In this document: one piece after another, positions 12,364 to 24,065 of the stretch | Position numbering within the stretch: position 1 is the stretch's first letter | How the letters are laid out: every line of letters begins with the position of its first letter | Assembly: GCF_905237065.1 (NCBI RefSeq) | Contig: NC_059444.1 | Coordinates: forward strand, 51,942,644-52,006,643 | Source of the DNA: Salmo salar | Lineage: Eukaryota | Direction: 5' to 3' | Length of the DNA: 64,000 nucleotides | The notes under the pieces: generated by a model | Told to the model about the DNA's origin: nothing | The model's database searches: none | The model's input: only the letters and a program-made list of their open reading frames with translations | Position numbers and translations under genes: made by a program

Positions 12364-12990
12364 TCAATAATATATATTGAACAAAAATATACACCGAACA
12401 TGTAAAGTGTTGGTCCCTTGTTTCATGAGCTGAAATAAAAGATCCCAGAAATGTTTCATATGCACAAAAAACGTATTTCTCTCATATATCGTGCACAAAT
12501 GTGTTAACATCCCTATTAGTGAGCATTTATTAGTTTTCGAGGTACTCCATCCATCTGACAGGTGTGGCACATCAAGAAGCTGATTAAACAGAATGGTCAT
12601 TACACAGGTGCACCTTGTGCTGGGGACACTAAAATGTGCAATTTTGTCACACAACACAATGCCACAGATGTCTCAAGTTTTGAGGGAGCGAGCAATTGCC
12701 ATGCTGACTGCAGGAATGTCCACCAGAGCTGTTGCCAGAGAATTGAATATTCCTTTCTCTACCATAAGCCGCGTCCAACCGGCCTCACAACCACAGACCA
12801 CGTGTAACCACGCCAGCCCAGGACCTCCACATCCAGCTTCTTCACCTGTGGGATCGTCTGAGACCAGCCACCAGGACAGCTGATGAAACTGAGGAGTATT
12901 TCTGTGTGTAATAAAGCCCTTTTGTGGGGAAAAACTCATTCTGATTGGCTGGGCCTGGCTCCCACTGGTTGAATCAATGTTGTTTCCACG
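12364..12990 (+). mobile_element. Internally deleted Tc1-like element (MITE-like derivative): left end plus HTH N-terminus joined to the right end
   Basis: ORF 12593..12883 MSQVLRERAIAMLTAGMSTRAVARELNIPFSTISR... is a Tc1 transposase HTH domain. It is followed directly by the '...cattctgattggctgggcctggctcccactggttgaatc' terminus. The same family in opposite orientation lies at 54440-55375. Confidence 0.7.
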
Positions 12991-15900
12991 TCATTTCAAT
13001 TAAATTACATTGAACCAACATGGAATAGACATTAAATTGCCGTCTGTGTCCAGTGAGCTGGTAGTAGTTGGTTAGACAATTTGACCATTGGAAAAATAGC
13101 TACTGCATAAATACTGCAATGCGGGTTTTATTGAATTGAGTCCAAAGTGTTAATGAAATTATAATTATTATAAACACGGTTTAGGGTGGGGACGGTTTGA
13201 ATTCCCCAAGCAATCAACCTTACCTGGTTCTTACATATTGTCTGCAAGACAAACTTACACCCCTTCCCTCACTTCCTTACTTAGACAGGGATTTAAGTTG
13301 CCCTTTCCTGCAATCAAATGACTGAGTGGCCTCATGGGTGGAATGTTATTAATATTTTAATAATTTACACCGAAAATCTGGTGTTTCTATGTCAAACGGT
13401 TTTGTTATATTTCAGTATTCTGTGATGTACAGTATATAAAGTGTAATATTGGAATGCAAACTCCAATTGAATACATTTAAACTCTATATCTGACATGTTA
13501 CAGGTATCTTCTTTTTTTTAAGCTCATAACCATTTGTGTGAGGTATATGCTTTTTTTTCAAAGTAGATTTGTTTAATTAAGACTACCAAGAAACTGTGTG
13601 GCCGATTTTGCCCACTGCAGTAAATGGATTACATGTGCGTTGTAGACAAGCGCATTGCACTGTCGACAATGCACCTCTTAAAGGCAATGTTCCCGACGCT
13701 TGTGGAGATCACGTTCATTGTAAACACTTTGGATTTTCGGTTTAAGCTTAAATAAGAGGTTTGCGCAGGACTGATTTCTTCATCCCACTCTGCTGCTTTT
13801 GCCCGCTCCCACTGGCTTCTTGTCTGACTCCCACCCGCTCCTGCAAGAACTGGTCCCGAACCTGACCACAGTCCTGCAATGTTATTTTAGGTGTGTGTTA
13901 CACAGCTTGCTTTGCAGCCCCGGTCCCAGCAATTTTGCCGGCCTAGGCAAGATCAAAATGCGCGAAAATAGCCTAAGAAATATGAGGATAAAGTACCATT
14001 GATTTTGGGCCTAGTGCTGAGCGATTAGTACTTTTTTGAGGTCAGTTCGTTTTTTAATTTATTTAAAAAATATATATATATTAACGGTTTTCGGTTTCGA
14101 CATTTATATAATTTTTTTTCATTAAATGCATTAAGAAATATGAACTTTAAATTATTTACAGCTTTTTAAATTTAAATTCCAAAGCCACATATTGAGAACA
14201 TTCAATTGCCAAAACATTAAAAACATTCCATTGTCTCTAACAACTCAGAATAAAGCAATTCATAAGAGCCCCATGATAGTAGTGACGGCCCATTACTGCT
14301 TATCACTTATTATTAACCATCATTTATTCACATTACTTTATTTAAATAAAATATTTCAGTTGTGTATATTACTCTATTATTTAATTTCATCATCTCATCT
14401 CTGCTCAGGCAGCAACAGCCAGAGAACCATCTAATGTTATTTCTGTTCTCCCCAACGAGCCAAGTTCTCCTTGGCTAGCGAAAAGGCTATACGTGATCAT
14501 TGGGTTGCCACATCTGCCCATGTTGAAGAGCTGACGAAATCACTATTTTAGTAGTTCTTCAAAGTAGATATAGCATGCTTTCAACTATCAATCGGGTTAA
14601 CTATGCCTCCCAAACTTTCTCCATCTCTCTCATTGCTGCGTTGAGTACATTCCTCTCTCAAGCGGTCTGTGTGGGTCTGTGCGGGTCTGCCGGGAAGAAT
14701 ATGCGCAATGGATTCTGGTCATTGTAGTGAATTACCAAATTACTAGGTTTAATATTTGCCTATTGAAAACTAAATTCCCTGCAGCGTTTTTGATTTGATG
14801 TCTTTCGCGCTTGATAGGATTTATCTCTAGAGAAACAGCGCGTTGAGCTCATAAAAAAAGGAACTAAGTCATTTAACCGAAGTTGGTCAATTAGTTGTTT
14901 AATAATCGGGGGGAAAAAACGACATTTCGGTTAATTGCTTAGGCTATCAGTATTATTGGGCTATATGAGCCAATAGGCTAGACGTCGTTTAAAAGAGAGC
15001 CAGAGTTGGGTTGAAATAGAATAGGAGAGTAGGCACTTGCACTTAACTTGAACTACGTTTTGCATAACTTTTAGCAGGCAGAGACAAATACATGTGTTAT
15101 CAATACTTAATATCTAGTCAAAGTAGGAGCCGAAACTATCGCCTGTCATACTTCAGAAGTTAATGTCCTTGGAAAGACAACTGCCTCGGGCTTTTCCCCC
15201 CATGCATTTAGCCTACAGGCTATTTAATTGAGACACCACATATAAGCGCACTTGATCTCGAAAGCCCAACAAAAGGGGAATACTGCTATCTAACATAATT
15301 TACCTTTAAAAGTCGGGTGCAATGCGTTTGCCGATAAGGTGCCTTTGACTGACTCCCGGCCTTACTTCCTCTACAACTTGACATCTGGATATTCTCTGTC
15401 CTGTAAATACTTTCATTCCATTTACAAGGTTGTTAGAGTATACTGTGTGTATCCATTTGGGCTCAACATAGCTCCATCTATGAATCTGAGAGCGGTTACA
15501 TTTCTCCAGCTCCATCCCTCAGCTTGATCGAAAAACCAATTGGCTGGTCTGCTGTTTGGCTGAAAAACGAATTAAGGATGTACATGTCATTTATAAAAAG
15601 TGTTCGGCTTCGCTAAGAGGCGTTGTTGAGTCATAAAATCAAATCGAAGTACCACCCAACCCACTTTACAAAGATGAATGTTGTGAAAATATAAACATAT
15701 ATGGGAAATGTAATAGTTATTATAATAAATATTGTACATTATGATGACATTTGCATAGAATAATTATCTGCAATTAATGCAGGGAGTGAGACTGACATAC
15801 TAGAGGAGATGTGGGTAGAATGAAGAGGGGATGGAGGAGAGAAGGGACGGGAGGAAAGGGGGGGGAGAAGGAAGATGGAGAAGGACTTGCGGTGGATTGC

Positions 15901-16063
15901 ACATGTAATTCATCAAAAAAGCAGGAACACTGTAAATTCTAGCAAATTCAATGTAAAGATGATCAACGACTTATGCAGACTAACATATATCTGTTTGGAA
16001 AACCACTGAATGCATAATAAAGATGCCTACAGACACAGATACATGCCTGCCTGCCCGCCTGCC

Positions 16064-16066
<3 letters not shown>

Positions 16067-16119
<53 letters not shown>

Positions 16120-16135
16120 AGAGAGAGAAAGAGAG
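16067..16135. repeat. (AC)n microsatellite followed by (GA)n
   Basis: Direct read: ac x about 29, then agagagagagagaaagagag. Confidence 0.95.
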
Positions 16136-17284
16136 GCATAAATACACATGCACCCTCTCCACGCCCTCCCTCGCTCTTTCTCTCATGTTCAGAAGTAAAT
16201 TGCAGAATGAACAAATGACTGGTGCATTCTCTCAGACACACGCGCGCGCACCATAGTCTGCATGCACACACAATGATGACACACCCACTTTAGACCGCAC
16301 ATGCAGTGCATACTGTACACTACAGATTGGCTACTGTACACTACAGATAGCATAATATGAACAAAATCACATAGAAACCGCATGGTATCCACCTAGGCCT
16401 ACCTGATCTTATTGAGTGACATGAAACATTATCCTTAACATTTTGCTTTTCTTGATCACGATTCCAAATATTACAGAAAATGCAATGTGTAGTAAAAAAG
16501 AGAACACAAGTTCAGTAAGCTACGATTAAAATCTCCACCCAGAATTCGCCAAATTGTATTTTTCTTTTGATACAAGCTATGGTAAACAGTAACGGTAAAA
16601 TTAGGCTACAGACCACGCCGTGGGATGTCAAATTGCGCTCTTGTGCTTGCTATGTTGCTACCTCATCTCTCTCTCTCTCTCTTTTGTTCAACGGCGCTGC
16701 AAGATTGTGGAGAGGGAGGGGGAGGCTGGGAAGGGGAGGCAGGAAACTCCTGTGCCCGGAGGCGGGTAGAGAGGAGGGGTGAGAGGGAGAAGTCGACGCA
16801 GCACATGCAATAGGATGGTTTCGCTCGCTTATCTCTCTTGCCCTGCTTTCCTTTCTTTTTTTCTCTCAGGCTCTATTTCGCTGATGGGGCAAATAGTTTA
16901 CCAACGCGCCACTTGCGCCGTCCACATACCAATTTAGCTAGTCATACCCCCTCCAGCGTTCCTTTGTGGCTGGTGCACTGACCGACTAATGTTAGCCTAT
17001 ATTTATTAATATAATCATGTGGTCAATATTGTTGACAGTATTCACCAGCAATTGAAAATACAGTGCATGCTTGGCTATTATTTGGTCATGTCTGGCCCAA
17101 CTTTGCTCATCGCACCTGAAGTGGAGATATACAGTACCAGCCAGGCCGAGCCATGAGGGATACTTTAGTGTTGTATGCTAGCGACGTCCTGTGGACAGAA
17201 ATTGTACACACAGCCTAAACATAAAAAATACAATAGAGTTACACAAGGGACCTCCCTCCTGTATGTTTATTTTAATGTTGTTTA

Positions 17285-17495
17285 ACCTTTAACCCGGCAA
17301 GTCGGTTAAGAACAAATTGTTATTTACAATGACGGCCTACCACGGCCAAACCCTCCTCTAACCCGGGAGACGCTGGGCCAATTGTGCGCAACCCTATGGG
17401 ACTCCCGTTCATTGCCGAACCAGGGTCTGTAGTGACGCCTCTAACACTGTGATGCAGTGCCTTAGACCGATGCGCCACTCGGGAGTGTAGGCCAT
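17285..17495 (-). mobile_element. Salmonid tRNA-derived SINE (HpaI-like), minus orientation
   Basis: The reverse complement begins ctcccgagtggcgcatcggtctaaggcactgcatcacagtgttagaggcgtcactacagaccctggttcg...gggagtcccatagggttgcgcacaattggcccagcgtctcccgggttagagg...ccgtcattgtaaataacaatttgttcttaaccgacttgccgggttaaagg, the canonical HpaI SINE body. Confidence 0.8.
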
Positions 17496-18411
17496 GTTAT
17501 AGTGGGTCTGTTTGCTCTTTGGACAAACAAAACATTTGATCACGTTACCAGCTAACGTTATCTTCAACTGAACCACATTTTGTTGTACGTATTTTACATG
17601 GTCAAATATGCATTGGGATTGTCGAAAAATAGGCTATGAAGTTGAGGGGGGAAAAAAGGCTGTGCTAAAATATCCAGTGGTCTTCTAATAAAAACGTAAT
17701 CAGTATCAAATCATTGATTAAAGGTGCAATCAGTAAGATTTGTAATGTTGTCCAATGGTCATTTCAATTAATGATATGATACAATTTGAGAGTCAATAGA
17801 TTTTTCAAGCTCTGTAATAAATAAGTCAGGCCAGAGCATGTAGCTTATTGTTGTTTTTATTAGTTACTACTGAGTAAGCTAAACACACAAACTGTAGATT
17901 AAGAGTTTGATGCATGGTGGTAATTGCAAAAATATGATTTATTCAAATAGATTGAGACACATTATCCATTGTGTGTATAGACAGAACATGGATACAAACG
18001 GAAGAATTGGCACTTATTAATGTTTTGGGGAAAATTCACGCTTTCATTTCTTTGATAAATGGACCAACAAATGAATGAAAGAAATTTGCATAGAACTCAA
18101 ACAAGGAAAGATTCAGCATTCTGGTTAGTAGAGATATGCAACACATGAGTTGGACAGCACTTTATAGGGCATCAAAGACACCAAACAGATGAGTAAAACA
18201 TTATTTTTTTTAAAAGGCATGTAAACCAAGGGAATGTTCACTCGGACGTCTTTAGTCAGACACACAGTGATGTGTACACACACACGTCATCCATATCATA
18301 TCCTTAAAATGGTCAGTTACTACATCTGGATAAACAACCAGAAATCCTACATCTGTAGGGGATGTTTTCAGACTGGACATTCCCCTCCCTTTTCCTATTC
18401 TCTTCCTCCTC

Positions 18412-18534
18412 TCACTGGCCCGGGCTCTGAGATAGAGCTCCCAGAAGGCCGTTGGCCGTGCTGAAGAGGTTGATGGGAGAAGAGCCGTCTGTGATCAGGG
18501 TGGACTTCAAACCCAGAGACTGGAGCAGCTTGAC
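18412..18534 (-). CDS. mvp: MVP exon 16 (last coding; [40 protein letters not shown]), stop TGA at 18414-18412
   Basis: Matches the human MVP C-terminus ([32 protein letters not shown]...). Acceptor is cccccag|GTCAAG. The 3' UTR continues to lower coordinates; a possible AATAAA lies on the minus strand near 17853-17858. Confidence 0.9.
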   Translation of the reverse strand, partial: VKLLQSLGLKSTLITDGSSPINLFSTANGLLGALSQSPGQ

Positions 18535-18880
18535 CTGGGGGAGGGTAGGGAAGGACAGAAAGTCGAGAGAGATGATACATTTAATATGATAATTGTTCCT
18601 TTCCGTTATAACTGATTGAATAAGATCCCGTGTTCCAGTTCCAATATCTTATACATCCTGATAACGTCTTGTCACGCTAATATAGCTCATTTATTTAAAT
18701 TGAGATTGGGTGGGAGAAAGACAGACCTGCTCTGTGAAACGTTACAGTAAAGTAAAACATTACAGAACGATTCTGACCTGAGCAAGAGCTTAAGGATTCT
18801 CCAGGTGCCATTTTTATTCAGACAAAATGGATTGTGTAGCACCAATATGACGGTGTTACGGTATGTCAGGAGTTATATAC

Positions 18881-19069
18881 CTGTAGCTCGGGGCCGGCTC
18901 TGGCCATCTCCTGCAGGGTGTTGGCGCCGATGCTGTCCACCAGCTGTTTAAAGCGTTTGCTCTCTATCTCAGCCAGCTTCTGCCGTTTCTCCACTTCCAA
19001 ACGATCCATCTCTGACTTATAGTTTAGCTCTTGCTCCCTCGCCTTGGACATACGGTTCAGCTCGCCCTC
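18881..19069 (-). CDS. mvp: MVP exon 15 (EGELNRMSKAREQELNYKSEMDRLEVEKRQKLAEIESKRFKQLVDSIGANTLQEMARAGPELQ)
   Basis: Coiled-coil C-terminal region, compare human ...[26 protein letters not shown]. Acceptor tgtgtgtgcag|GAGGGC, donor CTACAG|gtatat. 189 nt, phase 0. Confidence 0.88.
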
Positions 19070-19137
19070 CTGCACACACAATTACAGGTCAGCTACACAT
19101 AGTATGTGAACCTTTCAGCATTACACAATGTAGAACA

Positions 19138-19168
<31 letters not shown>

Positions 19169-19171
19169 GGT

Positions 19172-19345
19172 TAGAGCGTTGGACTAGTAACCGAAAGGTT
19201 GCAAGTTCAAATCCCTGAGCTGACAAGGTACAAATCTGTCGTTCTGCCCCTGAACAGGCAGTTAACCCACTGTTCCTAGGCCGTCATTGAAAATAAGAAG
19301 TAGTTCTTAACTGACTTGCCTAGTTAAATAAAGGTAAAAAATAAA
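19172..19345 (+). mobile_element. tRNA-derived SINE (SmaI/FokI-type) fragment, in an mvp intron
   Basis: ggttagagcgttggactagtaaccgaaaggttgcaagttcaaatccctgagctgacaaggtacaaatctgtcgttctgcccctgaacaggcagttaaccc...cttgcctagttaaataaaggt. The reverse-oriented full copy is at 60555-60760. Confidence 0.75.
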
Positions 19346-19424
19346 CACAGGTCAGCAATTACAGGTGAACTACTGGTTGTTTCAGAATTACACAATGTAG
19401 AACACATTGCAAGAGGATACGTAC

Positions 19425-19551
19425 AGCCTCAATCCTCTGGGCCTCAGCCTTCAGTTTAGCCTCATTGACTGCTGCCTCTCCCTGGATACGGGCTGCCTCT
19501 GCTCTGGCCTGGGCCTCTGCCTTGGCTGCCCCTGTACTCTCCACCGCTGCA
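19425..19551 (-). CDS. mvp: MVP exon 14 (S)[42 protein letters not shown]
   Basis: Compare human [42 protein letters not shown]. Acceptor ttgcag|T (completing the AG|T Ser codon), donor GAGGCT|gtacgt. 127 nt. Confidence 0.88.
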
Positions 19552-19919
19552 CTGCAACACACAACGACACACTGTTAGCTGGTTAAGGTTGGGAAAATTG
19601 ATCCTAGAGCTGTACCTTGGGGAAACTTCTTCACCCCAGCGCCACATATCTAATCTCCGCATTCACACAACTCACAATAGCATTATGTTAGGATCTCTGA
19701 TCTAAAAATCTTACCTCGGTACAACTTCACAGTCACACTACTAAGAACAGCATGATGCTAACGCTAGCCATGCTAATTCTAGTCTCTTGCCATAACATTT
19801 TACCCATCAGCGATGCTAACATGTGTTAGCGTTATGCTAATGCGATCCCACTGCCATTACGTTTACCCATAAGCGATGCTAACATTCGTTAGTGTTAGCG
19901 GCACAGCATTAATGGTCAC

Positions 19920-20036
19920 CTGAGGGCCTCCAGCTCCAACAGCTCTTTCCTGGTCCTCTCTGCCTCCGCCTGGTCTGTGATCCTCTGCCTCTCCAGACGA
20001 CCACGTGCCTCCTGCTCGAGACGCTCTGCCTCATGG
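19920..20036 (-). CDS. mvp: MVP exon 13 (R)[38 protein letters not shown](S)
   Basis: Compare human [38 protein letters not shown]. Acceptor ccctgcag|CCATGAG, donor CCCTCAG|gtgacc. 117 nt, phase 2 to 2. Confidence 0.9.
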
Positions 20037-20129
20037 CTGCAGGGAGGGAAGGGGAAAGAGAAGTTAACGCTTAACCCAACAGGCAAAAACAACCCAATCT
20101 GAAGATGAATAGTGTGGGTCTGTCTGGTG

Positions 20130-20255
20130 GCAGGTAGCCTAGCAATTGAGTGGGTTGGCCAGTAATCAAAAGGTCACTAGTTCAAATCCCTTAGCCGAAC
20201 TAGGTGAAAAATCTGTCAATGTGCCCTTAAGCAAGGCACTTAACCCTAATTGCTC
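20130..20255 (+). mobile_element. tRNA-related SINE fragment (third family) in an mvp intron
   Basis: gcaggtagcctagcaattgagtgggttggccagtaatcaaaaggtcactagttcaaatccc...cttaagcaaggcacttaaccctaattgc. It has a tRNA-like A/B box region followed by the conserved fish SINE core. Confidence 0.6.
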
Positions 20256-20761
20256 CTGTAAGTGTGTGTGTGTGCACATGCATGTTTGTCAATGACATAT
20301 GGACAAAGCCATCGATCACGTGACACCATTCATTCCTATGTGAAGGCGCATTGAAGCCAAATGAAGTCTTAAGATGGCGTCTCATGGAGACATAACATGT
20401 GCAACTCCAAGAAGTGAGTTGCAGGCTAGCTCAGTGGTGCCAACTCCGGTAAAATAACTAAAGTTGAAGGCAGACAGGTGTACTGCAGGCTGCCATTAGC
20501 AAACAAATTATTCTTATAACTTCTGTAATGAGATTTTAAAATAAAATCGCTTCAAGTAAATATATCTAGTGTATTAGAAATCATGATTGTCTTCAAATTT
20601 TGTATACAAAGATAGACATTTTTCCATTCACTATAATGGGGGGGATCCTGTTTTATGCTAACAATCCCTGCAGTACCACAGTCGGCCTTGAACTTCGATG
20701 GCTTCAGAGGGGGAAATCTCCCCCCCCCCCCCCGTGTATGCGCGCGCGTCTTGTGTCTTAC

Positions 20762-20973
20762 CGTGCGGCAGCCTCCTGGGAGTTGGTGGTGATCTCGATG
20801 GCCAGCTGGACACTCTTCTGCAGGGAGTCTCTGGTCCTCTGGTCCACCGGCTCCACTGACTGGATGTCAACACTGCTGATGACCAGACTGTTCTGGTGGA
20901 AGCGCAGGCTTGGACGCACTGCCAGCTTGTCGTCAAAGCCAAACACAGAGGAGCAGATGATCCGGTTGGAGTT
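20762..20973 (-). CDS. mvp: MVP exon 12 [70 protein letters not shown](R)
   Basis: Compare human NSARIIRTAVFGFE...[41 protein letters not shown]. Acceptor ctctacag|AACTCC, donor GCACG|gtaaga. 212 nt. A poly-C run (20717-20733) lies just downstream in the intron. Confidence 0.9.
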
Positions 20974-21163
20974 CTGTAGAGTGGAGGGGGTTAAAGAAGA
21001 GGTTAAAGCATGGGGTGTTATTGTTGTCTTTGGATCAATTGGCTTACGTTTTCCATAGGCCTACCTAAACTACAATAGCTAAGGGCTGGAGGCCATGTAG
21101 AATTAAAAAGTGTGTTGAAAAGGCAGAACAGTGCAGATTTAGATGACTGAGGTGTGGAAGGAC

Positions 21164-21308
21164 CTTGTGAAAGTCGTCAAACTGCACGGAGGCGACGGCT
21201 CCTCTGACGCGGGAGGCGATGGCTTTACAGGCATCCCCCACAAAGTCTGGCACCGAGAACAGAGCCGCAGCCTGGGACGGGTCCGCAGGAGACTTCAGGT
21301 CAAAGTGC
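21164..21308 (-). CDS. mvp: MVP exon 11 (W)[48 protein letters not shown]
   Basis: Compare human ...[33 protein letters not shown] (almost identical). Acceptor ctctctcag|GCACTT, donor CACAAG|gtcctt. 145 nt. Confidence 0.92.
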
Positions 21309-21474
21309 CTGAGAGAGAGAGAGAGAGAGAGAGCGAGAGATATGAAATACATCAGCTGGCCTACAGACTAGACTAGGGAGACAGAGAGACAGACCAAATC
21401 GCAGAGGATTCTCAAGCACACACACACATACGCCCCTCCCTCCCTCCTTCCCTCCCCCCACCAACAAACCCTAC

Positions 21475-21672
21475 CAGTTGTAGCTGAGCTGCAGCTGCAG
21501 GCGTGCGTGGTCGGCCGTCTCTATGGTGATGATGTCAGTGAAGAAGTCCGGCCCAAGCAGCAGACACACGGCCTTGATGACATTGGTCCTCTTGGGCTTG
21601 TCCCCCGACAGGGAAAGCACTGTGAACTGCTCATCAGGCCCCAATATTACCATCTCTGGCCCAAACACCACC
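21475..21672 (-). CDS. mvp: MVP exon 10 (R)[65 protein letters not shown](W)
   Basis: Compare human [67 protein letters not shown]. Acceptor tctctcag|GGTGGTG, donor CAACTG|gtaggg. 198 nt, phase 2 to 2. Confidence 0.92.
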
Positions 21673-21915
21673 CTGAGAGAGGGGAGGGAGGGAGGGAGGA
21701 GAGAGGGCAAGAAAGGAGAAGGGATGGGAAGAGAGAGGGAGGGAGGGCGAAAGGGAAAAGTTAACACTAGGGGCCCAATGTTGCTCTGGTTAAAAGTAGT
21801 GCACTATATAAGGAATAGGGTGCCATTTGGAAAGCAGACTAGTTTTATGGGTTGTTTCTGGACAGGTCCAGTGTCATTGTCCCTCCACGTCTGTCTGCCT
21901 TTCAGCCATGTTTAC

Positions 21916-22151
21916 CTGGCCTTCTTCTCCCTGTAGTCATAGACCTGCACAGCAGCGTTGTGGGGAACCCTGTAGGACACCACCTTGGTCTTGTCCCGGT
22001 CCTTCATCTCCACTTCCTTTCTGCGGTCAGAGCGGTCAGCCAGGGGGTCCTTTGTGGAGGTCAGGAGGGTCTCAACATTCTGAGGCAGATTCTTCACCCA
22101 CAGCTCCTCGTCCTGCGTCAGCATGTAAGTGTGGCCAATCACAGCACGGAC
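21916..22151 (-). CDS. mvp: MVP exon 9 [78 protein letters not shown](R)
   Basis: Compare human [47 protein letters not shown]...[25 protein letters not shown]. Acceptor ctctag|GTCCGT, donor GGCCAG|gtaaac. 236 nt. Confidence 0.92.
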
Positions 22152-22516
22152 CTAGAGCCAGGCAGCCAATGGGGGAGAGGGATGGTGAGAGGTGGGTGGG
22201 GATTTAAGGTTGTTAAATAAACAGGCGAATGGATTCCCTGGATCATTTGAATCAGGTGTTTTAGTGTATGTCCCAAATGGCCCCCCTACAGTATGTGGTG
22301 CACTACTTTTGACCAGAGTCCTGTGGGCCCTGGTAAATCGTGCAATGGAGCTGGTGCAATCACACTTTTTTTTTACCAGAAAAGTATCCATGTCATTTTC
22401 AATGATTATTAATGTTTTTTAGCTAGCCTATATTAAAATACAGGTCTGTTTTATATAATAATTAAAGCTGCAATATGTAGCTTTTTGGGCGACCTGGCAA
22501 AAGTGGGAGTTATAGA

Positions 22517-22642
22517 TAGATCGGTCATTCTCATTGAAAGCAAGTCTAAGAAGCGGTAGATCGGTCATTCTCATTGAAAGCAAGTCTAAGAAGCGGTAGA
22601 TCGGTCATTCTCATTGAAAGCAAGTCTAAGAAGCGGTAGATC
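22517..22642. repeat. 40-bp tandem repeat x about 3.2 (unit gatcggtcattctcattgaaagcaagtctaagaagcggta), in the 7.2-kb mvp intron
   Basis: Direct read: three perfect copies at 22521, 22561 and 22601. Confidence 0.95.
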
Positions 22643-23639
22643 TGTTCTGTGTGCTATTTCTACGCTTCCTGTTAAGTTTCATTTTTGCATCTTTGACTTT
22701 CGGTTTTGTGAAACAGCTTCTAAAAGAGAAAAATAAAATATTTTTGGTAACGGAAAAGATATTTCAGTGGTTTAGATGGTACAATAATGCTTGTTTTGCC
22801 AAACAAAAATTAGGAGACCTATTAGAATTTTAGCAACCAGGAAACAGTGGAGCGATTTCTACATATTGCACCTTTAACAGATTGCATTTTGCACACGCTC
22901 CACGTCACCTCAAGATTAATGTTTTGGTTCAGTGCCGTTAGAAAGCAATAGTTGTACCACTGGTGTTTACAATTAAAAAAGGCACCTGCAAAATAAAATG
23001 ATGTATCCATTTCGTTGTGCCGTTACAAATGTATCATTGTTTCATGTCCGATGCACTCTGTTGTTACATATCAATTGAGAGGTGTCCACCAGTTCATGTT
23101 GCCTGTAAGAACCACGGTGAGCACAGGCATGTCTGATTAGGCGTCGCTGGCTTTCTCATCCAATGGGTTTTGAGAAGGAGAGAGGACGCAAGGCGTATGC
23201 AATTGAGATTCTCCCACTGACTCAAAGTAACCTTCCACCAGCCGAAAAAAGACTGCACCTTTGCAGAAAACTGCATGTCCGGTGGCTCGCAATGAGCAGT
23301 TTGCAAGAAGATACTGAGAAATAATCAGTAAGCCTAATATTACATGATTAAATCTGAAATCATTTATCCAAGCTGTTTAGAGGCATTTAACACCATTCTG
23401 CATTTGCACCATATATTTTCCCAACATTAAAATCAGTTAAAATGTTTCATTCAGTTACAAAAGTAACAGTCCTGACTGAGCCCCATATGCGAGCGGACAG
23501 CAGCCGCTTCGCAGTTATGTGGCCAAGCTGTCTGTACGGGCAAAATGGAAAAAGCACAGGATATTTGTAGCTCGATGAAACAGTTCTGCTTTGCTTTGTA
23601 AGTAATAATCATCCAAATAAACAATTTCTACCCTCATTG

Positions 23640-24065
23640 CATCAAATACACTACATGACCAAAAGTCTGGACACCTGCTAGTTGAACATTTCATTGCAAA
23701 ATCATGGGCATTAATATGGAGTTGGTCCCCCTTTTGCTGCTATAACAGCCTCCACTCTTCTGGGAAGGCTTTCCACTAGATGTTGAAACATTGCTGCGGG
23801 GACTTGCTTCCATTCAGCCACGAGCATTATTGAGGTCAGGCAATTAGGCCTGGCTCGCAGTCGTCGTTCCTATTTATCCCAAAGGTGTTCGGTGGATTTG
23901 AGGTCAGTCAAGTTCTTCCACACCAATCTCGACAAACCATTTAAGTACGGACCTCGCTTTGTGCACGGGGCATTGTCATGCTGAAACAGGAAAGGGCCTT
24001 CCCCAAACTGTTGCCACAAAGTTGGAAGCCCAGAATCATCTAGAATGAGATTGTATGCGGTGGCA
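23640..24065 (-). mobile_element. Truncated Tc1-like element (TIR plus 3' part of transposase)
   Basis: tacactacatgaccaaaagtctggacacctgctag... TIR. The minus-strand translation gives a Tc1 transposase C-terminal fragment (...FQHDNAPVHKARSVLKWFVEIGVEELDWP...). Confidence 0.65.

Noticed and set aside
16567-16813. Two overlapping plus-strand ORFs in a G-rich block (GRGRLGRGGRK..., GEGGGGWEGEAGNS...)
   Set aside because: Compositional artefact of a purine-rich stretch. No start context, no conservation-like features, and each frame is low-complexity.
13000-18200. Search for a PAGR1 (C16orf53) orthologue between prrt2 and mvp
   Set aside because: No ORF with the glutamate-rich or PAXIP1-binding character of PAGR1 was visible by eye in any frame. 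Absence cannot be proven without TBLASTN, so this is reported as a finding to check rather than a feature.
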